A stretch of DNA of 64,000 nucleotides from a bacterium (GTDB lineage Bacteria; Actinomycetota; Acidimicrobiia; Spongiisociales; ZC4RG35), in NCBI GenBank assembly GCA_028819345.1, contig JAPPLW010000007.1, positions 16,557 through 80,556 on the forward strand, in the 5' to 3' direction. How positions within the stretch are numbered: position 1 is the stretch's first letter; every line of letters begins with the position of its first letter. Positions 16,006 to 27,579 of this stretch are shown here, piece after piece. A model generated the notes under the pieces. The model was not told the DNA's origin and did not search any database. It saw only the letters and a list, made by a program, of their open reading frames with translations. The position numbers and the translations under genes are program-made.

Positions 16006-17366
16006 GGCAGAGACCCCATCTGCCTATAAAACGAGGTTCAGTTCTTGGGGGGGCTCTAGTCATAGTGGTGAGCCTGGTGCTCGGCGCCTGTGGCCAGTCA
16101 TCGGATAAAGGGGATCCTCCCGCCACGTCCGATTCGGGGGCCGTCGAACTTCCATCGGACGTTGAGGACCAGGTCGAGGTCCTGCTCGGCACCTCGACTA
16201 CGATCGAGACCGCCACTCCCGATGCCAGTCCCGACCCCGGGGGGACCCCGCAGGATCAGGGGGTTCCGGGCGTCACCGACGATCGCATCCTCTTCGGCCA
16301 GTCCGCCGCCTTCAGCGGCCCGGCCCAGGAACTGGGCACCAACATGCGATACGGCATAAGGGCCGCTTTCGCCGAGGTGAACGAGAAGGGAGGAGTACAC
16401 GGGAGGCTGTTGGAACTGGTGACCCTGGATGACGCCTATGAGCCGGAGGCAGCCATCACCAACTCCCAGGCCCTGATATATGACAACGGCGTGTTCGCAT
16501 TGATCGGGGCGGTCGGGACGCCCACCTCCCGGTCTGCTACCCCGGTGGCAAAGGAGGCCGGGGTGCCCTACATCGCCCCCTTCACGGGCGCGGGATTCCT
16601 GCGGGATGCCGTGGAGTTGGGCAACGTGGTGAACCTGCGGGCCTCCTACAACCAGGAGACCGAGGAGATGGTCAAGCGCTTGATCGAGGACCTGGGCATC
16701 ACGCGGATTTCAGTGCTCTTCCAGGACGACTCCTTCGGCCGGGCCGGGTACAACGGGGTCCTGGCGGCCTTGGACCGGCGCGATATGGAACTAACCGCGG
16801 TGGGGTCCTACACCCGCAACACCACGGCTATCAAGACGGCCATGCTGGACATCAAATTGAACAACCCGGATGCGGTGATCATCGTCGGGGCCTACGAGCC
16901 GGCCGCCGCCATGATCTCCTGGTCGAAGTTCATCAACTTCAATCCGGTCTTCATCAACATTTCCTTCGTCGGCAGCAACGCCCTGGCCCAGAAGCTGGGC
17001 GCCTACGGGGTGGGCGTCTTCGTGACCCAGGTTGTCCCGTTCCCCACAGACGACAGCGTTCCCGTGGTTGCCGAGTACCTGGCTGCATTGGAGACCTATG
17101 CGCCGAGGGCCGTGCCCGGTTTCGTCTCCCTGGAGGGCTACCTGGCCGGACGTCTGGCCATAGCCGTCCTTGAGCGGTGCGGACCGGATGTCAGCCGCGA
17201 CTGTTTCACCGGGGCGCTGCAGAGCCGGGAAACAGAGATAGATCTGAACGGGTTCGCGCTACGTTACGGGGAGAACGACAACCAGGGGTCGGACTCTGTG
17301 TTCTGGACGGTGCTGCGCGCCGACGGGCGCTACCACCCGATCGATAACTTGGCGGAAGCGCGATGA
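16002..17366 (+). CDS. lipoprotein, LivJ-type (Peripla_BP_6) periplasmic ligand-binding protein
   Basis: Lipobox VLGAC. ILFGQSAAFSGPAQELGTNMRYGIRAAFAEVNEKGGVHGRLLELVTLDDAYEPE. The ATGA overlap with the upstream gene indicates translational coupling. Confidence 0.8.
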   Translation: MRQRPHLPIKRGSVLGGALVIVVSLVLGACGQSSDKGDPPATSDSGAVELPSDVEDQVEVLLGTSTTIETATPDASPDPGGTPQDQGVPGVTDDRILFGQSAAFSGPAQELGTNMRYGIRAAFAEVNEKGGVHGRLLELVTLDDAYEPEAAITNSQALIYDNGVFALIGAVGTPTSRSATPVAKEAGVPYIAPFTGAGFLRDAVELGNVVNLRASYNQETEEMVKRLIEDLGITRISVLFQDDSFGRAGYNGVLAALDRRDMELTAVGSYTRNTTAIKTAMLDIKLNNPDAVIIVGAYEPAAAMISWSKFINFNPVFINISFVGSNALAQKLGAYGVGVFVTQVVPFPTDDSVPVVAEYLAALETYAPRAVPGFVSLEGYLAGRLAIAVLERCGPDVSRDCFTGALQSRETEIDLNGFALRYGENDNQGSDSVFWTVLRADGRYHPIDNLAEAR

Positions 17367-19546
17367 GAACGTTCATCAGGCGGTTGTTGGAGAGCCGTTT
17401 TCGGATCTCCACCCAACTCTATTCGGGGATCTGGGGCGCGGTCGCCCTCACCGTGGCGGCGGGTCTCGTCGGTTGGTTCTCCTTCAACCAGGTGGGAGAG
17501 GCCCAGAGCGTGGTCAACGAGGACACCGTACCGGAGTTGGCTTCTGCATTCGGGGTGGCCCAGCACAGCAGCGCCCTGGTGGACGCCGCTCCCCGTATCA
17601 CGACCGCCATCTCCCAGGAAGAACTCGACGGCATATCCAGCAGCGTCGCCGAGACGAACGCCGCCTTCCTGGATGAGCTCGCCACCCTGGAGACATCCGG
17701 GACGGACACGGCGGCCGTCCAGCAGCTTCGCTCCTATGCGGAGTCCCTGATCACCAACATAGATTCCATTTACATCGACAAGGTCGAACTCTCCCAAGTG
17801 GTCATTGAGAAGGAGAACCTTCAGGCGGTTCTGGCGAATCTCCGCGCCCAGTTGGATGGCATCGTGGTGCCTGCCTTGGACGACCAGTTCTTCTTCGGCA
17901 TGACGGGGTACCGGATCCTGGGCTTCTTTCCGGCGCCCAGAGAAGAACACCTGTCGGAAGACCAGTTGATGATCTATCGGCACTTGTCGGAGATACAAGC
18001 CAACACCAACATCTCCACCCAGTTGCTGGCCACCACCTTCAGTCTCTCGGACGCCTCTCAGGTCGAACCGCTCCGGGAACGTTTCGAAGCCGCCGCGGGA
18101 CAGATCGAAGAGAGCCTCCTGGTGTTGAGTGGGACCCCATTCCATACGGAACTCAGCCAGTTGTTCTCTCAACTCTTCACTTTGGGCCTCGGGCAGGACG
18201 GCGGGTTCAACCTGGCGGATAGGGAACTGCGCCTGATTGCGCGCCAGACTGAACTGCTGCTCAACAATCGGGTACTGGCTATCCAGTTGCTCGCCGAAGT
18301 GGACGGGTTGGTGAACGCCGCCCGAGCCCGGGCCGACGAGGCAACGCTTGCCTCGGAAAACGCCATCCTCACCGGTCGGACCTTGCTGCTGGCAATCAGT
18401 ATCCTGAGCGTCACCGGGGCAATTCTGATGGCCTGGCTGTTCGTTGGCCGGGTCCTCCTGCGGCGCATCAACCAGCTTTCCGACTGGATGCTGCGTATGG
18501 CCGAGGGGGACATCGAGACCCAGGTCGAGATCAAGGGTCGGGACGAGGTGGCGGACATGGCGGCCGCCCTGGAGGTGTTCCGTCGCCACGCCCTGGAAGT
18601 GCAACGCCTCAACCTGGTGGAGAAACTCGCCGCGGAACTGGGCGAGAAGAACACCGAACTGGAAGCGGTCCTGGACGACCTGCAGCGGGCCCAGGAGCAA
18701 ATCGTCATACAGGAGAAGCTGGCGGCTTTGGGGGAGTTGACCGCGGGAGTGGCGCACGAGATCCGCAATCCGCTGAATTTCGTGAAGAACTTCTCGGAGG
18801 CCTCCGAGGAGTTGTTGGAGGAGTTCCGGGAGATCATGGACGAGAGCACCAACGGGGAGGTCAGCGAGGACGACATGTCCTACATAATGGAGATCGTCGG
18901 CGACCTCGAGGACAACCTAGAGCGAATCCGCTCCCACGGGGACCGGGCAAACCGAATCGTCCAGGACATGCTGATGATGGGCCGGGACTCGGGAGAGAAG
19001 CGCTTGGCGCAGGTGAACGACATAATGCACGAGCACATGCTGCTGGCCTACCACAGCGCCCGAGCCCACGATCCTGACTTCAACCTGGCCATCGAGGAGG
19101 AATACGACCAGAACATCGCGGAGTTGGAGGTGATTCCCCAGGATCTGGGGCGGGTGTTCCTGAACCTGGTCAGCAACGCCTGCTACGCCACCGACCAACG
19201 ACGCCGGGCAAAGGAGGAGGCGGGCGAGACTTTCTTTCCGGAGATGCGCCTGAGCACCCACCTGAGAGAAGACCGGGTCGAGGCGAGGGTGTGGGACAAC
19301 GGAGGCGGGATTCCCCAGGAGAACATCGAGAAGATCTTCAACCCCTTCTTCACCACCAAGCCGACCGACCAGGGCACGGGACTGGGCCTGGCGCTCTCTA
19401 GCGACATTGCCCGCCAGCACGGCGGCCTCATCCGGGTCGAGACCGAGCCGGGGGAGTCCACCACGATGATCGTGGAACTGCCTCTGGACGACACCCCCCT
19501 GGCCATCACGGTGGCAGACACCGAAACCGCCGACCAGCCCGCGTAA
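17363..19546 (+). CDS. sensor histidine kinase (two TM helices, ~300-aa periplasmic region, HAMP, DHp H-box, HATPase)
   Basis: HAMP (RRINQLSDWMLRMAEGDIETQVEIKGRDEVADMAAALEVF), H-box GVAHEIRNPLNF, N/G boxes NLVSNACYA, DNGGGIP and GTGLGLAL. ATGA overlap with the SBP gene. Confidence 0.9.
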   Translation: MRTFIRRLLESRFRISTQLYSGIWGAVALTVAAGLVGWFSFNQVGEAQSVVNEDTVPELASAFGVAQHSSALVDAAPRITTAISQEELDGISSSVAETNAAFLDELATLETSGTDTAAVQQLRSYAESLITNIDSIYIDKVELSQVVIEKENLQAVLANLRAQLDGIVVPALDDQFFFGMTGYRILGFFPAPREEHLSEDQLMIYRHLSEIQANTNISTQLLATTFSLSDASQVEPLRERFEAAAGQIEESLLVLSGTPFHTELSQLFSQLFTLGLGQDGGFNLADRELRLIARQTELLLNNRVLAIQLLAEVDGLVNAARARADEATLASENAILTGRTLLLAISILSVTGAILMAWLFVGRVLLRRINQLSDWMLRMAEGDIETQVEIKGRDEVADMAAALEVFRRHALEVQRLNLVEKLAAELGEKNTELEAVLDDLQRAQEQIVIQEKLAALGELTAGVAHEIRNPLNFVKNFSEASEELLEEFREIMDESTNGEVSEDDMSYIMEIVGDLEDNLERIRSHGDRANRIVQDMLMMGRDSGEKRLAQVNDIMHEHMLLAYHSARAHDPDFNLAIEEEYDQNIAELEVIPQDLGRVFLNLVSNACYATDQRRRAKEEAGETFFPEMRLSTHLREDRVEARVWDNGGGIPQENIEKIFNPFFTTKPTDQGTGLGLALSSDIARQHGGLIRVETEPGESTTMIVELPLDDTPLAITVADTETADQPA

Positions 19547-19593
19547 CCGAGCCCGGCCAGGTTCCGGGTGGCGCCGGCTGTGGGGGAGTCCTG

Positions 19594-20589
19594 TTATCCG
19601 AGGCCGAGGAGTTTCTCGGGGTTGGTCTTGACCAACTTGCGGACGTCCTCGGTCGTTATGCCCAGGTCCAGGAGCGAGGCGATGAACCCTCGCATACCCT
19701 CTACCGGATCGGGGAGGGTGTAGCCGCCGAAGTCCGTCGCCAGGATGCAACGCTCTGCTCCAATCTCCCGGATTTGTTCGGCAGCCCCCCTGACGCTGCC
19801 CTTCGTCCCGCCCGCCATGTCCTCGTCGGCCGCATATTCCAACTCGACGTAATAATGAGTCTTCGGGATCGACGTGGTGTGGGTGTAGACGCCCAGGGTG
19901 TACTCGATGAACGCACCCTTGCCGGCCATGTACCGGAGTTGGTCGGTGGAGGCAATCGAAGTCACGGCCGTGGCGACCAACACGTTACCGATCCCGTAGT
20001 CACACGCAAGGTCGACCAGGCGAACGGCTTCATCGGGCGAGACGTGTCCGGTGTTCAGGAAGATGTGAGGATTGTCCGATATGATCTCCAGGATCTCCTC
20101 CAGGTCACCCCCTAAGGGACCTTCAACAGGTATGCGGATCGCCCGATCCACCTCCTCCTTCTTGAAGTCCGGATACAGGTCCTTCAGCGGTGTGAACCGT
20201 CCATCGACTATTCGACCCTCACTGGAGGCCTGAAAGTGGGTGGAGTGGGCTCCGAAGCTGATGAATTTGGCGCCATCGCCGTATCCGATGGCGGTCTTGA
20301 CGGCACGAGGATTCAGACCTCCATATGCGGTATTGAGGATGAGCCCGCCGTAAACCTTGAAGTCAGGAACGGCCCGGTTCACGATCCAGGCGACCCCGTT
20401 GCTCATCTGGAACACATCCATGAGCACTATTGCCTGCATGCCGGCGTCGCGCGCCTGTATGGCAGCCTCGATAGGATCAAGTCTTCTCGGACTGCTTGGC
20501 AGGTGCGGCGTGGCGTGCACGTGGATGTCGATGGCGCCCTGGAGGAGTTCCAGGGATAGTTCGAAAGAACGGCCTTCCGGCAGCATCAT
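19594..20589 (-). CDS. metal-dependent hydrolase, amidohydrolase/TIM-barrel superfamily (function unknown)
   Basis: GAIDIHVHATPH metal motif near the N-terminus, then HVSPDEA and ILATDFGG. ATG 20589 preceded by AAGGA is preferred over the track start. Confidence 0.6.
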   Translation of the reverse strand: MMLPEGRSFELSLELLQGAIDIHVHATPHLPSSPRRLDPIEAAIQARDAGMQAIVLMDVFQMSNGVAWIVNRAVPDFKVYGGLILNTAYGGLNPRAVKTAIGYGDGAKFISFGAHSTHFQASSEGRIVDGRFTPLKDLYPDFKKEEVDRAIRIPVEGPLGGDLEEILEIISDNPHIFLNTGHVSPDEAVRLVDLACDYGIGNVLVATAVTSIASTDQLRYMAGKGAFIEYTLGVYTHTTSIPKTHYYVELEYAADEDMAGGTKGSVRGAAEQIREIGAERCILATDFGGYTLPDPVEGMRGFIASLLDLGITTEDVRKLVKTNPEKLLGLG

Positions 20590-20693
20590 GCGGTCCTTAC
20601 CCACTGTAGGTCGGGGAAACGTTCTCACGAGCCTCCGCCTTGGCTGCATTGGCTCATGGAGCCTCATAGTACCCGTGGGTCCTGTCCGCGGTA

Positions 20694-21674
20694 ATGTGTC
20701 CGAATGTGATAGAGGACGCGCATCGAGCCCGATCAGTAGTGGTGGACGGGTGCGCTCCCTTGCTGTCGAAGCCGGGCGCGTGGGAGGGATGGATGGTGGG
20801 TGGGGTGGATCTGGCGGTCCCGACCGTCGCCACTCACGAGAATCCCGGGGAGGGCCTCAAGCGGGTGGGAGAGTGGAGGCGTTGGCTGGCAGAAGAAGAG
20901 GGGGTCTTCCACGTTGCCTCGCCCACTGACCTCGACCGACTGGGGGAGGGGCGGCTGGGCGTGGCGTTTCACTTCCAGAACACCACTCCTGTCGGCGATG
21001 ACCTGGACCTTGTGGAGGCCTACCGGGACCTCGGAGTGCGAATGATCCAGCTCACCTACAACGATCGCAACGCGGTGGGAGGCGGATGCATGGACCCCCA
21101 CGACGGTGGCCTCTCCGCATTCGGCAGGGAGTTGATCGGGGAGATGAACCAACTGGGCATCGTGGTGGACCTCTCTCACACCGGGGATCGCACCACCCTG
21201 GAAGCGATCGAGGCCTCATCGGTGCCCACGGTGTTCTCCCACTCCAACGTCAGGCGGCTGTTCGATCATCCCCGCAACATCACCGACCAGCAGATCCGGG
21301 CAGTTGCCGAGCGAGGGGGACTGGTAGGGGTGAATGCCGTCGCGTCCTTCCTCCGCGCCGATGGCAAGGGCGCCAATCTCTCGGACCTCCTGGACCACAT
21401 CGACTACCTGGTGGAGATGATCGGCCCCGATCAGGTGTGTCTAGGGCTCGACTTCTGGTCGGGGCCCGAGGTGGACTTCGAGGAGTGGAACCGGGCCGGG
21501 CGCTGGAGCGCCGACGACCTCTCGGAGTATGTCGACTGGCCCCGCCACATCGCCGGACCGGGCCACTTCCCCCGCCTCCGCCAGGGTCTGACGGCACGGG
21601 GACACTCAACCGGGGACATAGCCGCGATCATGGGTGACAACTGGGCGCGGATCTTCCGCCAACTCTGGACCTGA
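20694..21674 (+). CDS. membrane dipeptidase (peptidase family M19)
   Basis: VVDGCAPLL, MIQLTYNDRNAVGGGC, GIVVDLSHTGDRT, VFSHSNVRRLFDHPRNITDQQIRAVAERGGLVGVN. Confidence 0.85.
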   Translation: MCPNVIEDAHRARSVVVDGCAPLLSKPGAWEGWMVGGVDLAVPTVATHENPGEGLKRVGEWRRWLAEEEGVFHVASPTDLDRLGEGRLGVAFHFQNTTPVGDDLDLVEAYRDLGVRMIQLTYNDRNAVGGGCMDPHDGGLSAFGRELIGEMNQLGIVVDLSHTGDRTTLEAIEASSVPTVFSHSNVRRLFDHPRNITDQQIRAVAERGGLVGVNAVASFLRADGKGANLSDLLDHIDYLVEMIGPDQVCLGLDFWSGPEVDFEEWNRAGRWSADDLSEYVDWPRHIAGPGHFPRLRQGLTARGHSTGDIAAIMGDNWARIFRQLWT

Positions 21675-21680
21675 GATCCC

Positions 21681-22676
21681 CTAAAGGGTTTGGCGAGCCG
21701 CCTCCACCCTCTCGATCAGGTAACCGCCCATCCTCTCCAGGACTCTGGTGGTCTCGCCGACTGCCAACCCGGCCAGAGCCTGGCCCGCCACCGCGGCATG
21801 CTCGAGGGCCACGGACAGAGCCCGGTCGACATAGCCGCCTTCGTTCACCAAACCTATGACTTCCTCCACCGCCTCCTCGGGGTAGGGGGGCGGCTGCCCC
21901 AGCAACTCGGTGATGCGGGGGCCCTCCTTCCCGCGGGCGGCCAGGAGCACCGGCAGGGTGAAGGTCCCCTCACGGATGTCGGCGCCCGCCGGCTTCCCCA
22001 ACAGGTCGGTAGTCGCCACCAGATCCAGGGCGTCGTCGGCGATCTGGAAGACCCGTCCCAGTTCGAAGGCCCACAGGGTAAGGGTCTCGACAACGTTCTC
22101 CGAGGCGTCGCCGGCCCTTGCTCCCACATAGGCCGAGGTGCGGATGAGGCTGGCGGTCTTCTGGTCGATCAGCTTCCGGTATACGGTGAGGTCATGATCG
22201 AGACGGCCGATCAACCGGAACTCCAGTGTCTGTCCCTCCACCAACTCGGTGTAGGTGATGGCCAGCATTCGCACCGACTCGAGGTCGAGATAGGTGGCGG
22301 CCACCTCAGAACCCCGGGAAATCAGAAAGTCCCCGGCCAGCACCGCCAGGGTGTTGTTCCAGTTGGCGTTCACCGACGGCGCCCCCCTCCGGGTGTCGGA
22401 CTCGTCGATCACGTCGTCGTGATAGAGGCTTCCCACATGGATCAACTCGACGGCCGCGGCAGCCTCCACCGCCCGCCGGTCGTCCGCGGGCCCCAGGGTG
22501 GCGGCCAGAAGCGCCAGAAGGGGGCGAAGGCGCTTTCCCCCGGCCCGGAGCAGGTGCTGGGAGATTTCCGTGGTGTACTGGCTCTCGGAGGAACTGAGCT
22601 CGAGCAGGCGGCCTTCCACCTGCTCGAGGCGGGTCCAGATGTGGGGAATATCGATCAGATGTCGCAGGTCGTCCAT
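21681..22676 (-). CDS. polyprenyl diphosphate synthase (trans-isoprenyl diphosphate synthase family)
   Basis: First Asp-rich motif LIHVGSLYHDDVIDESDTRRG and second motif FQIADDALD. Confidence 0.9.
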   Translation of the reverse strand: MDDLRHLIDIPHIWTRLEQVEGRLLELSSSESQYTTEISQHLLRAGGKRLRPLLALLAATLGPADDRRAVEAAAAVELIHVGSLYHDDVIDESDTRRGAPSVNANWNNTLAVLAGDFLISRGSEVAATYLDLESVRMLAITYTELVEGQTLEFRLIGRLDHDLTVYRKLIDQKTASLIRTSAYVGARAGDASENVVETLTLWAFELGRVFQIADDALDLVATTDLLGKPAGADIREGTFTLPVLLAARGKEGPRITELLGQPPPYPEEAVEEVIGLVNEGGYVDRALSVALEHAAVAGQALAGLAVGETTRVLERMGGYLIERVEAARQTL

Positions 22677-22807
22677 GGGAAGAAAGGAAATAAAAAGGGG
22701 TCGTACCCGTCTTATACTCCGAAGGAAGACAACAATGGTTTTCTGTAGTTGCTATAGACTAGGAACCCCGGAGGCACCCGGGATTCAGGCGTAGTCAGGA
22801 GAGTATT

Positions 22808-25312
<2,505 letters not shown>

Positions 25313-25328
25313 GCCCCGCCCGTCCCGA

Positions 25329-26344
25329 CTAGTAATCCAGAGTGACCGTCCGGTGATGTTCGCCCATCCGGGAGGCATCCGCACCCAAGACGGCTTCCGA
25401 CCAGAGGAAATAGTCGAGGCGCGGTCCGGTAACCGAGACGCCCTCAGCCCTGAGGGCTTGCACGAGCAGGTGGCCGGCGTAGACCGTCGCCCACCGAATC
25501 GCCGCTTCCTCGGGCGAGTGACGGGAATCTCGGTGCGGGAATCCACTGCCCGGGACAACTGCAACGAGTAGCGAAGCACCCCGAGGTGTCGAAGCAGGCG
25601 AGGGAGCATGTAGTCGGGAAAGACGGGGAAGGAATCCAGCCCTGTCCAGGGTCTGGTTGACCGGGAGGCCATGAGCGAAGACGCCAGATAGGCCAGTTTC
25701 CTGAAACGGAGACGGTGACCGCCCACGGCTGCCTCGTCCTCGTAACCGGGGATGGTCGTGGCTAACAGTTCGACCACCGCCGGCCCGTCCCACCCTGCCT
25801 CTTCCACCAGGTGCTGGGTGGCGCCGGCCCACCGCTCTGTGACCGCCTCCGCTACCCGGGCGATCCGGACGCCCCGTTCGGGCACCATCTGCAGAACGCC
25901 CTGTCCCGCGAAGAGGAGGCCGGCTTGTGAGCGGCCCAACTCCGAGAAGGAGCGGACGTCCGGGCAGGTATCGGGTCCCATCCACCGGGTAACGGCCCCG
26001 AACAGCGCCGGGGCATCGGTGAGGCGGCGTCCCGCATAACTGATCGACCACATCCGGCAATCCGGAGGCGGCCACAGGCAGGCCAGGACCGAGACTGACA
26101 GAACCGCGTAGTCGAACCACGGACCGTCACGGAGGCCGGGTGGCGGTCCGGGATAGTCGAAGCGGGGCGCGGGAAAAGAGCGGCCGCGCCACAGTCTGAT
26201 CAAGGCTGCCACGGCTTCGGGGGAGATCTCTACTCCCCACCCGGCCGGAGGCGGCCCCGAACGGAGGTCGGTGAAGGGCTGGTTTTCCTCGGCCGGGTTT
26301 GGGCAGTCGCTCGGGCCGGTATTCTCAAAGGGGAGGGGAGGCAT
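25329..26344 (-). pseudogene. queuosine-salvage family protein (DUF2419 / QNG1-like) interrupted by a 1-nt frameshift near 25522-25525
   Basis: N-terminal ~273 codons are in the frame of track ORF 24869..26344 (…FPDYMLPRLLRHLGVLRYSLQLSRAVDSRTEIPV). The C-terminal 62 codons are in the frame of ORF 25329..26120 (HSPEEAAIRWATVY…LDYFLWSEA…HHRTVTLDY). Total length is 1016 nt, not a multiple of 3. Confidence 0.65.
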
Positions 26345-26384
26345 GTTCTGAGTAGTAAGTCAACAATCTGAGAAGGAGCCTTTT

Positions 26385-27407
26385 ATGAGAAAGAGAATAT
26401 TCGGGTTGTCCGTCGTAGCGGCGTTGTCGCTCCTGGTGGCCGGGTGCGGAGGTGGTGACGACACCTCGGTGTACCTGGTGTTTGACATAGGAGGACGGGG
26501 AGACCAATCGTTCAACGACTCTGCCGCCGCCGGTTTGGATCGGGCCACCGAGGAGTTGGGGATAGCCGCCAGCGAACTCGAGCCCACCGCCGGTGGGGAG
26601 AACCGGGACGAATTGCTCAACCTGGCCGCTGAGGACGGCGCCCAACTGGTCTTCGGCGTGGGCTTTCTGTTCGCCGACGCCATCGCAGCCGCGGCCGCGA
26701 CACACACCGATACCAACTTCGGTCTGATCGACGGTTTCGTCCCCGACCTGACCGCTGACAGCAACCTGGTGTCACTGGGCTTTGCCGAGCACGAAGGCTC
26801 CTTCCTGGTGGGAGCAGCCGCCGCTCTGAAGAGCCGGACCGGCAAGGTGGGCTTCATCGGTGGCGTGGAGATCGACCTCATCAAGAGGTTCGAGGCGGGG
26901 TTCGCGGCCGGCGTAAAGCACATTGATCCCGGAATCGAGATTGATGTCAAGTACATCACCCAGCCCCCTGACTTTGCAGGGTTCACCGATCCGGCCAAGG
27001 GCAAGGAGATCGGCGCCGCCATGTATCAGGCGGGCGCCGACGTCGTGTACCACGCGGCGGGAAGTTCGGGAGGCGGACTCTTCCAGGCCGCCAAGGAGCA
27101 GAGCGAGAGCACCGGTAGCCATGTGTGGGCGATCGGAGTGGACTCCGACCAGTACCTGACCGCCGGCGCCGAATTCCAGCCCTACATCCTCACGTCCATG
27201 TTGAAGAGAGTGGATGTTGCAGTGTTTGAGACCATCTCCACTCTGGTCGACGACAGCTTCGAGGGCGGCTATCGCACATTCGACCTGTCTGTCGACGGGG
27301 TTGGATACGCCACCAGCGGAGGACACGTGGCTGACATAGCCGACCAACTCGACGACCTGAAGGCCCAGGTCATCTCTGGCGCCATCACCGTTCCCCAAGC
27401 ACCGTAA
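26385..27407 (+). CDS. BMP-family (BmpA/PnrA/NupN-like) ABC-transporter substrate-binding lipoprotein, nucleoside-type
   Basis: Lipobox LLVAGC. YLVFDIGGRGDQSFNDSAAAGLDRA, GFIGGVEIDLIKRFEAGFAAG, WAIGVDSDQY. Confidence 0.9.
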   Translation: MRKRIFGLSVVAALSLLVAGCGGGDDTSVYLVFDIGGRGDQSFNDSAAAGLDRATEELGIAASELEPTAGGENRDELLNLAAEDGAQLVFGVGFLFADAIAAAAATHTDTNFGLIDGFVPDLTADSNLVSLGFAEHEGSFLVGAAAALKSRTGKVGFIGGVEIDLIKRFEAGFAAGVKHIDPGIEIDVKYITQPPDFAGFTDPAKGKEIGAAMYQAGADVVYHAAGSSGGGLFQAAKEQSESTGSHVWAIGVDSDQYLTAGAEFQPYILTSMLKRVDVAVFETISTLVDDSFEGGYRTFDLSVDGVGYATSGGHVADIADQLDDLKAQVISGAITVPQAP

Positions 27408-27432
27408 AGAGAAACACCTTCAATGGAGACAG

Positions 27433-27470
27433 GACGGGGCGTCCGAAGGGATCGCCCCGTCTTTCTCTGT
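27433..27470 (+). terminator. intercistronic hairpin/partial terminator between the SBP gene and the ABC ATPase gene
   Basis: 9-bp stem GACGGGGCG / CGCCCCGTC (27433-27441 / 27453-27461) followed by TTTCTCTGT. Confidence 0.5.
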
Positions 27471-27579
27471 CCCTCGCAAATGAGCACAGAGCGCCGCATT
27501 CGATCTCCCCGAAGGGCATGGATGGAAAACCCCCCGCCTGAGGTCTGAGGCGCCCGGATCCGCTGGTAGTGTCAGGCCG

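Noticed and set aside
17330-18757. 475-aa ORF antisense to the histidine kinase (similar cases: 10893..11879, 14313..15233, 57332..58678, 58712..59770, 61568..63355)
   Set aside because: These are antisense or out-of-frame partners of genes with strong motifs. Their composition is skewed to Arg/Gly/Pro/His/Gln and no motifs are recognisable.
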